Positions 53,407 to 64,000 of a stretch of DNA of 64,000 nucleotides are shown here, piece after piece (the first letter of the stretch is position 1; each line of letters starts with the position of its first letter). The DNA is taken from the NCBI GenBank assembly GCA_963823655.1, contig CAWGMK010000010.1, positions 1-64,000 on the forward strand. The letters run 5' to 3'. Source of the DNA: an uncultured Bacillota bacterium. GTDB taxonomy: Bacteria > Bacillota > DTU025 > MWDF01. The notes beneath the pieces are model-generated. The model saw only the letters and a list, made by a program, of their open reading frames with translations. It had not been told where the DNA came from and did no database searches. A program made the position numbers and the translations under genes.

Positions 53407-54711
53407 CTACTGTCCTGGAGGTGCCCCCTGCCCCGGCACGGGCACCTGCCCTGCAGGCGGCACCACCTCGACCGGCACCAGCACGAGGTCCTGCGCCACG
53501 GCCTTGTCGAAGAAGAGTCGGAAGAGGTCTCGCACGATGGAGGCCACCGGCAGTGCCACGATGGCCCCGATGATGCCGCCCAGCGCGAAGCCGATGGCGA
53601 TGAGCACGAGCACGGACGCGCCCGTGAAGTTGATCATCTTGCCCTCGAAGGTGGGCACCAGGATGGAGCCCTCGATGTTGAAGGCGATGAAGTAGTAGAC
53701 GCTCACCAGCACGATCGCCGCCGGCCCGGAGGCGAGGGCCAGGATGAGTGCCGGGATGTAGCTGATGATGGGGCCGATCTGCGGATCAGCTCCATGACGA
53801 ACGCGACGAGCCCCAGCAGGACGGCGTACTGCATGAGCAGTGGCGAGTCGGTCAGGGCACCGATGACCAGCATGCCCAGGGTGATGATGACGAACATGAT
53901 CGAGCCGACGAAGAGCTCGGCCTTGAAGTACTGGGCGACGTTGCCGACGGTGATGGTCAGGATGCGGCTGACATCGTCCCTCCACGGCTCCGGGACGCGC
54001 TCGTAGAACGTCGCGGACATGCGCGGCTGGTCCTTGAGCAGGTAGAAGAGGAAGAATGGCAGCAGGAACCAGGCGAAGAGCCCACCGAGGAAGCTCAGGG
54101 CGCTGCCGATGATGCCACTGGCGACCGTCTCCTCGTCCACGGCCGCGGCATTGTCCTGGGCAGAGGCGATGATGGCGTCGATGGCTGAGCGCAGCTCGGG
54201 CGGCAGGTCGAGGCTTTCGTACCAGGCGCTCAGGTCCTCGAGGTAGGTCGGCAGGTTCTCCATGAAGGCGATGCCCTGCTCGACGATGATGATGACCACC
54301 GTGAACAGGACGATGAGCGCCCCGAAGATCGTGACCGCGACGACGGCGATGGCGGCCAGCCAGCGTGGCCAGCCATGTCGCACGAGCCAGCCGACGACCG
54401 GGACGAGGAAGAACGCCAGTGCCGCGCCGACCCCGAAGACGAAGAGGGCGCTGGCCGACAGGACGAAGACGATGACGGAGAGGACGCCCAGCAGGAGAGC
54501 GATGAGGAAGGGTCGACTCGGGGCCTGGGAGGGTCGGAAGGCAGCGCGCATGCCGGGTGGCGTGGTCGCTGTCGCGGCCATCACACCGGTGTCCGCGCCG
54601 GCCTGCGGGGCGACGGGCTCGCTCCGCCCGACGGTGGGCTCGGCCGAGGCGGCCTCGGCCGAGGTCGCGTCGACCGGCCCGGGTGGCTCCTGGCCTCGCC
54701 GCTACGTCCAC
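53407..54711 (-). CDS. AI-2E family transporter; frameshifted
   Basis: [45 protein letters not shown]. Confidence 0.88.
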   Translation of the reverse strand: MDVAARPGATRAGRRDLGRGRLGRAHRRAERARRPAGRRGHRCDGRDSDHATRHARCLPTLPGPESTLPHRSPAGRPLRHRLRPVGQRPLRLRGRRGTGVLPRPGRRLARATWLATLAGRHRRRRGHDLRGAHRPVHGGHHHRRAGHRLHGEPADLPRGPERLVRKPRPAARAALSHRRHHRLCPGQCRGRGRGDGRQWHHRQRPELPRWALRLVPAAILPLLPAQGPAAHVRDVLRARPGAVEGRCQPHPDHHRRQRRPVLQGRALRRLDHVRHHHPGHAGHRCPDRLATAHAVRRPAGARRVRHGADPQIGPIISYIPALILALASGPAAIVLVSVYYFIAFNIEGSILVPTFEGKMINFTGASVLVLIAIGFALGGIIGAIVALPVASIVRDLFRLFFDKAVAQDLVLVPVEVVPPAGQVPVPGQGAPPGQ

Positions 54712-54744
54712 GGGGCGAGGCTAGCACAGGCCTCAGGTCGAACG

Positions 54745-55230
54745 GAGCCATTCCTGCTTCCAGTGCCGGAGTCGCGAGACCACGGCGGAGTCGTCGCCCT
54801 GAAGTCACGGTCTGCGGTCCGGCGCGAGGCGTCATCGACCTCGTCATCGAGGACATGAACGAACCCGCCGTCGTCGCCTGCGAGGCACAGTCGCAGCTCC
54901 GTCGGCTCGAACAGCAGATCCCGCTGGGCCACCATGAAGGCCGATGCTCTGGCCGAGGCCCGCGACCCCGCGGAACGTGACGACGGGGCCGCCGGTCATG
55001 CCGCCGTCTCGCGCCTGCTGCGCTGCGTTCGACCCAGGCGAATCGCCACGTCGTGACCGAGTTCCGCGAACTGCTGGCTGTGGCGTACCCGGGCGCGCTA
55101 CGTGGACCTCGTCGCTGCCATCACCGGCACGGCGCCGTGGCCAGGCCCCGGCCTCTTGTGGTGCGAGGTGGATGGGCAGGGGGCGCGCATCCTCGAGCGG
55201 CCGCCGCGTGGTGTCCGCCTGGGACGATAG
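54745..55230 (+). pseudogene. N-terminally truncated PD-(D/E)XK restriction-endonuclease-like gene fragment; frameshifted
   Basis: Joined frames read PEVTV..PARGVIDLVIED...VVACEAQSQLRRLEQQIRWATMKADAL...VSRLL...LAVAYP...AAITGTAPWPGPGLLWCEVDGQGARILERPPRGVRLGR-stop; no clear start codon. Confidence 0.5.
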
Positions 55231-55276
55231 GGGTGCCACATCATCGAGGTGGTGGTGCCGCCGCGGTCGCGCCGGC

Positions 55277-55541
55277 GCTGGCGGCCGGATGGGGCTGATC
55301 CATCGATCATCCCCGGCGGGTACGGGGCGGGCGGCGGGCGGCGGGCCGTCGCTGGCGGCCAGATGGGCGATCCATCGATCATCCCCGGCGGGTATGGCGT
55401 GCGGGCGGCGGGCGTCGCGCTGGCGAACCGCGCCAGATGGGCGATCAATCGATCGTCCCCGTCGGGGCCCGATAGGCAGGCGGCGGCGGCACCCTGGACG
55501 CGTAGCCGCTGTGGATGAGCGATGGATCGATCATCGGGCCC
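55277..55541. repeat. Four degenerate palindromic repeats, period 72-78 bp (REP-like)
   Basis: Cores GATCCATCGATCATCCCC at 55297 and 55369, GATCAATCGATCGTCCCC at 55443, GATGGATCGATCATC at 55521, each preceded by GCTG..GATG(G/A)G. Confidence 0.75.
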
Positions 55542-57942
55542 GGTCAGCGTCACCCCGGCGCCCCGCGGCTGCTTCAGCGGCGACGCTGGGCCGCGTGCCG
55601 GTCCGCTTGATGACGTTGGGCGTGACGCGGCGGTCCCAGGTGGGTCGGTCGACCCAGCGCGCCATCCAGCCCTCGTCGAGGTCCTCGTGCGAGTCCTTGA
55701 GGCCCGGGAAGACGTCCGCGGCGGTGCCTTCGTCGATGTCCAGCGGCTCCTCGCCGGCCGGCAGGACCGTGACCGCGGTGACCTCCAGCGCCGACTCGCT
55801 CGCCATCGTGGCGGTGCCCCTGCCGCTGCCCGGCCCTGCGGGCGCGCGGCCCGCTCCGAGGGGCGGGCGCTGGCCGTCGCCCGTCGCGCATCGGCATGCC
55901 CCGGCGGCCGCCCGCTCGGCCGCGCTTGCAGCACGGCCACCGAGGCGTCCTCCTCGAGCACCCGCCGGCGGATGTCCTGGATCTCGTCGCGCAGCGCAGC
56001 CGCCCGCTCGAACTCGAGCTGCTTGGCGGCCGAGCGCATCTCCGCCTCCAGCTGCGAGACGAGCTTCTCCACCTGAGCCTGGCTGAGCTCCGTGAGCTCC
56101 CTCGAGTCAGCGCCCGAAGGCACCCGGCGCCTGGGCCACGGCAGCGAGGCGGTCGTTGATGTCCCGGATCTCCTTGACGATGGTCGTCGGCGTGATGCCG
56201 TGCTCGATGTTGTAGGCCTCCTGGACGGCGCGGCGACGGTTCGTCTCCTCGATGGCGACCTGCATCGACTCGGTGACGCGGTCGGCGTACATGACGACCT
56301 CGCCGCCGATGTTGCGCGCGGCACGGCCGATGACCTGGATGAGCGACCAGGCGCTGCGCAGGAAGCCCTCCTTGTCCGCGTCCAGGATGGCCACCAGCGT
56401 GACCTCCGGCAGGTCGATGCCCTCCCGCAGGAGGTTGATGCCGACCAGCACGTCGTAGACGCCCAGGCGCAGGTCGCGCAGGATCTGGACCCGCTCCAGG
56501 GTGTCCACCTCGCTGTGCAGGTAGCTGACGCGGATGCCCATCTCGTGGAGGTAGTCGGCGAGGTCCTCCGCCATGCGCTTGGTGAGCGTGGTGACGAGGA
56601 CGCGCTCGTGCCGCTCCACGCGCTCCCGGATGCGGTCGATGAGGTCGTCGATCTGGCCCTCCGTGGGCCGCACCTCGATGGTCGGGTCGACGATGCCCGT
56701 GGGCCGGATGAGCTGCTCCACGATGCGCTCCGAGCGCTGCAGCTCCCACGCCCCGGGCGTGGCGCTCATGTGCACGACCTGGCCGAGGTGCGCCTCGAAC
56801 TCCTCGAAGGTGAGCGGCCGATTGTCCAGCGCCGATGGCAGCCGGAAGCCGAACTCGACGAGGATCTCCTTGCGCGTGCGGTCGTTCTTGTACATGCCCG
56901 CCACCTGGGGGATGGTCATGTGGCTCTCGTCGACGACCAGCAGCCAGTCCGGCGGGAAGTAGTCGAGCAGCGTCCAGGGACGCGAGCCGGGCTCGCGGCG
57001 GGCGAGGTGGCGCGAGTAGTTCTCGATGCCGGAGCAGAAGCCCAGCTCGCGCATCATCTCCAGGTCGAAGGTGGTGCGCTGCCGGAGCCGCTCCGCCTCC
57101 AGGATCATGCCCTTCTGCTCGAGCTCCGCGACGCGCTCCTCCGCCTCCACCTCGATGTCCGCGATGGCCGCCACCAGCTTCTCCTGCGGGCGTGACGTAA
57201 TGGGAGGCCGGGTAGACGTTCAGCTCCGTTGCGCTCGGCGAGGACCTCGCCGGTGAGCGGGTCGACCTCCGTGACGCGCTCCACCTCGTCACCGAAGAAC
57301 TCGACCCGCGCGATGAAGTCGTCATAGGCGGGCTGCAGCTCCAGGGTGTCGCCGCGGACGCGGAACTTCGCCCGGCTGAGGGCCTGGTCGTTGCGCTGCG
57401 TACTGCAGGTCCACCAGCTGGCGCAGCACGCCGTCCCGGCGGTAGCGGCCGCCCGACGCGCAGGCGCAGGACCGTGGCGCCGTAGTCCACGGGCGCGCCG
57501 AGGCCGTAGATGCACGAGACGCTGGCCACGATGATGACGTCGCGCCGCTCGAACAGGGCCCGCGTGGCGGCGTGGCGCAGCTTGTCGATCTCCTCGTTCC
57601 GGGAGGAGTCCTTCTCGATGTAGGTGTCGCTGCGGGGCAGGTAGGCCTCCGGCTGGTAGTAGTCGAAGTAGCTGACGAAGTACTCCACGGCGTTGTCCGG
57701 GAAGAAATCGCGGAACTCGCTGTAGAGCTGGGCCGCCAGCGTCTTGTTGTGCGCCAGCACGAGCGTGGGCTTGTTGACGCTGCGCGATGACCTCCGAGAC
57801 CGTGTAGCGTCTTGCCCGTGCCGGTGGCGCCCAGGAGCACCTGGTGCTTGCGTCCGTCGCGGATGCCGGCCACGAGCTGCTCGATGGCCTGGGGCTGGTC
57901 ACCCGTGGGCTTGAAGGGCGCCACCAACTGGAAGTCGGCCAT
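55531..57942 (-). CDS. uvrB: Excinuclease ABC subunit B with extended C-terminus; frameshifted
   Basis: [66 protein letters not shown]. Confidence 0.96.
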
Positions 57943-57973
57943 GCCCGCATGATAGCGCCTCAAGCCCCAAACC

Positions 57974-57985
57974 GAACACGCGTTC
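57974..57985. promoter_or_regulatory. LexA SOS box upstream of uvrB
   Basis: GAACACGCGTTC, at the same offset from the start codon as the uvrA box. Confidence 0.85.
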
Positions 57986-58209
57986 ATGGGCGGCCGCACC
58001 CCAGGGGCTGGCAGGAAGGTGCGGTCCGCGGTGGTCTGCCTCGGCGCGGACGGGTGCGGGGTAGAAAAGAGTCCTACCGACCCGGACCCGATGGGTCCAT
58101 GGCAGGCCGACACCCATGCACGGATGCTGGCCGATGCACGGACGGGGCCGTCACGCCCAGGCGCTGACCGTCCGGTCGCTCGCGAGCCGCGCAACAGGAG
58201 CCTGCCGCC

Positions 58210-59170
58210 ATGGAGATGGAGTTCAAGGACAACAGCCGGCGACGGACGCTGGTGCTGGTGATCGGTGTGCTGCTGGCCCTTGCGGCCGGCGCTGCCGCGT
58301 TCATGCTCAGCAGCCAGGGGCAGGAGGAGCCTGAGGCAGCCTTCCCCACGCGCGAGGTCGTCGTGGCGGCAGAGGCGATCCCCGCCCGAGCCACCATCGA
58401 GAGCCTGCAGTTGGCGCTTCGCCCCGTTCCGGTCGATGACACCACGGCATCCGCCTTCACCGACCGAGACCAGGTCGTCGGGCCAGGTCGCGGCCATCCC
58501 CATCCTGCAGTTCCAGCCCATCACGCCCAACATGCTCGCCGGGGCTGCATCGGGCCAGGTGGCCATCCTCAAGGCGGACGAGACCGTGTCGCCCGACTCG
58601 CCCGTCCTGCGGGCGGTCAGCCTGACCGTCCCGGCCGACCGCGCTGTGGCCGGCCTGGTCGCCGTGGGCCAGCACGTGGACCTCATCGCCACGATCCCCA
58701 TCACGGTCGCCGGACCCGTGGACCCAGAGACCGGCGAACCGCTGACCATCGATCCCGAGACAGGCGAGCCAGTGCCCTTCGTGGAGGGCACGACCACCAA
58801 GCTCATGTGGCTCGACGTCGAGATCCTCGGCCGCGCGGAGGCATCCGACGCGTACATCGTGCGCGCGGACCTGCAGACGTCCGAGGAGATCGCGCACGCC
58901 CAGACACAGGGCGCGGAGTTCACCATGGTGCTGCGACCGGACGAGGACACGCGGGACATCGACCGCAGCACCTACGGCGAGACCACGGACACGCTCCTGA
59001 CCCGCTACAACTTCCGCGTCCCGCAGAAGATCGACGGCCTGGAGTACCCGCAGCCCCTGGCCTTCCCGAGCCCCTTCCCGAACGAACCCTACCTCTCCCC
59101 CGCGCCGGAGCCGTCGCCCAGCCCTGAGAGTGCCCTCATCGTGGCCCCCACGGAGTCGCCCGCGCCCTAG
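58210..59170 (+). CDS. cpaB: Flp pilus assembly CpaB/RcpC (SAF domain) protein; frameshifted
   Basis: TM helix, [22 protein letters not shown]...[17 protein letters not shown]. Confidence 0.75.
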
Positions 59171-59857
59171 CGGCGCTCCACCGGGCCCCACGGCAGCCCG
59201 GCGAACCTCGGCGCGAGCACATCCGCGAGTGCGTCCTCGACGCACTCGCGGATCGATTCCCGGGAGCCGGACGCGTCGATGCGCCGGTCGGCGTGGGGCG
59301 CCAGGCGCTCCGCGAGATCGGGGCCCTGCGCGGCCAGGCGTCGCTCGATGTCAGCAGCGTCCATGCCCCGGAGCGCGAGCCGCTGGCGCTGGACCCCCGC
59401 CGGGCAGTCGATGAGCCAGACCTCGTGGCAACGCGCGGCGAGACCGCTCTCGACGAGCTTGATGGCCTCGATGACGACGAAGGGGTCGCCGTCGCGGCGG
59501 CCCGCTTCGAGGCGAGCCTCGATCGCGCGCCCGGACGGCCGGGTGGACGATGGCCTCCAGGTCGCGGAGGGCCGCGGCGTCGGCGAAGACGAGCGTCGCC
59601 AGGGCCGCCCGGTCGAGCATGCCGGGCGGCTCGGAAGACGGCCTCGCCGAAGCGCGCGTGGATGGCCTCCAGGGTCGGCTGGCCGGGCGCCGTGACCTCG
59701 CGCGCGAGCGCGTCGGCGTCGATGACGACGCCACCGAGCTCGGCCAGCATGCCCGCCACGGTGGACTTGCCGCAGCCGATGGGCCCGGTGAGCCCGATGA
59801 CGACCGGCCGGTCGTCCTGGTCGCCCGTCTTCTCGATGTCCGCGACCCTCCCCTCGT

Positions 59858-59861
<4 letters not shown>
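59167..59861 (-). CDS. coaE: Dephospho-CoA kinase; frameshifted
   Basis: [37 protein letters not shown]. Confidence 0.92.
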
Positions 59862-61939
<2,078 letters not shown>

Positions 61940-61992
61940 GTACCTAAGTGTCCCCGATTCGGCGGCGCCGACGTGGGGGCGCGTGGCCCTGG

Positions 61993-62981
61993 TCAGTCGG
62001 CCGGGTCCGGCCCTCCCAGGTCCGACCAGTTGCGGCCCCGACGTCCCACCTGCCGCGCGCTGGCCGCCAGCGCAGCGGTCGTGCCACGGCGGTCAGCCGC
62101 CGGCAGGCGCTGGCACCACGAGCAGAAGTGGGTGCCGCGCTGAGCCAGCACGAGGCGCCGGATGGGCCGCCCGCACCGATGACAGGGCAGCCCCGTGCGC
62201 TGGTAGACGTCGAGGTGCTCCTGCATCCGGCCGTCACCCTCCGGCGCGGTGTAGTCGTCGACCGACGAGCCGCGCCGCGCCACGGCCTCGCCGAGCACGC
62301 CCCGGATGGCATCGTAGAGGCGGCGCTCGTCGGCCGGCCCCAGCGTCCCCACCGAGCGCAGCGGGTGGAGGCGCGCACGCCAGAGGGCCTCGTCGGCGTA
62401 GATGTTGCCCACGCCCGCCAGGAACGACTGGTCCACGATGACCGACTTGAGCCGCCCCCGGCGGGCACGCAGGCGGGCCCGGAAGCGGCGCAGCGTGAAG
62501 GCTTCGTCCAGCGGCTCCGGCCCATGCCGAGCGAAGAGTCCGCCCACGTCCCCGGCGCCCACGACCTCGCCGTCGGGGCCGCGCCGGTAGAGCCCCACCC
62601 GGCCGAACTTGCGCACGTCGCGGAAGAGCAGCCAGCGCGGCACCATCGGTCCGGCCGCCGCCGGCCACCGGACCCGGCCCGAGCGTCAGCCGCAGGTGCA
62701 CGTGGCGGTCGTGCCGCGTGCCCTCCGGCAGCACGAAGAGCTGGCCGGTCATCTTGACCTGGATGGCCAGCACGGACCCGTCATCGAGGTCGATGACGAG
62801 CCACTTGGCGCGCCGCGTGACACCCCGGCACGCGTGCGGCCCACGAGGCCCTCGCGGAAGCTCTCGGGCGACGGGTGGCGGATGACCGGTCGCCAGTCCC
62901 ACCAGACGCCGGTGATGGTGGCCCCGACGAGAGTGGCGCGAGGTCGCGCGCCATCGTCTCGACCTCGGGCAGCTCCGGCAT
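61993..62981 (-). CDS. mutM: Formamidopyrimidine-DNA glycosylase; frameshifted
   Basis: MPELPEVET, RRAKW, D.RKFG, AGVGNIYADE, CHRC...RGTHFCSWCQ. Confidence 0.94.
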
Positions 62982-62987
62982 GCGCGG

Positions 62988-64000
62988 TCAGGCACGCTCC
63001 AGCGGGCGTCATGGACTCCCAGTCGGTGCCCACCTTGATGTCCACGTCGAGCGGCACGTCGAGCTTGAGCGCGCCCTCCATGACCTCGCGCACGATGGGC
63101 GCCAGGCCGGCCACCTCGGCGCGCGGCACCTCCAGCAGCACCTCGTCGTGGACCGAGAGCAGCATCCGCGCCGGAGACCGCTCCGCGGCCAGCCGCTCGT
63201 GGAGGCGGATGAGCGCGATCTTCATGATGTCCGCGGCCGTGCCCTGGATGGGCATGTTGATGGCCATGCGCTCCCCGGCGCTGCGCAGCTGGGCGTTGCG
63301 CGACTGCAGCTCGGGGATCGAGCGGCGCCGGCCCAGCAGCGTCTCCACGTAGCCCTGCTCGCGGGCCAGTCTCACGCATGTGCAGCATGTAGTAGGCGAT
63401 GCCGCTGTAGGCGCCGAAGTAGGACTCGATGAACTCGCGCGCCTCCTCCCGGGGGATGCCCGCCCGCGTCGCCAGCCCGTAGTCGCTCATGCCGTAGGCG
63501 AGGCCGAAGTTGACCATCTTGGCCATGGAGCGCTCGTCGGCGCGTGACGTCCGCGGGGTCCTTCTTGCAGCACGCGCGCGGCGGTCTGGCGATGGATGTC
63601 GGCGTGCTGCTCGAAGGCCTCGCGGAGGTGGGCGTCGCCCGAGACGTGGGCCAGGACGCGCAGCTCGATCTGGCTGTAGTCGGCGGCCAGCAGCACGAGG
63701 TCCTCGCCCCCGGCCACGAAGGCGCTGCGGATGCGCCGCCCGAGCTCCGTGCGGATGGGGATGTTCTGGAGGTTGGGGTCGGCCGAGGAGAGCCGCCCGG
63801 TGGCCGCCACGGCCTGCTGGAAGCGTGGTGTGCAGGCGGCCGGTGCGTCGGGTCGATGAGGAGCGGCAGGGCCTCGACGTAGGTGGAGCGGAGCTTGGTG
63901 TAGATGCGCCAGTCGAGCAGCATGCGGGATCATGGGGTGGGCCGCGCGCAGCTCCTCGAGCACCTGGGCATCGGTCGAGTAGCCGGTCTTGGTGCGCTTG
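62988..64000 (-). CDS. polA: DNA polymerase I, C-terminal part; frameshifted, runs off right edge
   Basis: [52 protein letters not shown]. Confidence 0.96.

Noticed and set aside
55277-55541. CRISPR array
   Set aside because: Repeats are degenerate, the intervening sequences resemble each other, and no cas genes are present.

Overview
High-GC bacterial sequence with many single-base indels (uncorrected long-read character), so most coordinates are reconstructed across frameshifts. It looks like two unrelated segments fused at about 8856. Left segment (1-8856): a large, incomplete secreted lipoprotein (LGFP-like and PKD-like regions) divergent from an operon for an Otr-family octaheme cytochrome c, a second ~8-heme cytochrome, cytochrome b and two YeeE/YedE proteins, under a sigma70 promoter containing a CsoR/CstR-type operator. 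Right segment (8856-64000) looks like Chloroflexota (inferred from gene order and GAAC-N4-GTTC SOS boxes). It has a stress-gene cluster (truncated ndvB, YcnI, atypical OmpR regulator, YetF, GlsB, two csbD, DUF5661, sodN, dps), seven tRNAs, an MFS gene behind a ydaO-like riboswitch, htpX-lemA, a sugar ABC operon, a CstR-like repressor unit and a long housekeeping block (secG to polA). Best candidates for undescribed biology: (1) an ATGAC-N5-GTCATGAC-N17-CACnnT promoter architecture shared by three stress-cluster promoters beside an orphan pseudo-receiver regulator; (2) the double-octaheme/cytochrome b/YeeE module with a CstR-like operator; (3) a variant c-di-AMP-like riboswitch; (4) a PD-(D/E)XK-like gene fragment followed by four palindromic repeats.
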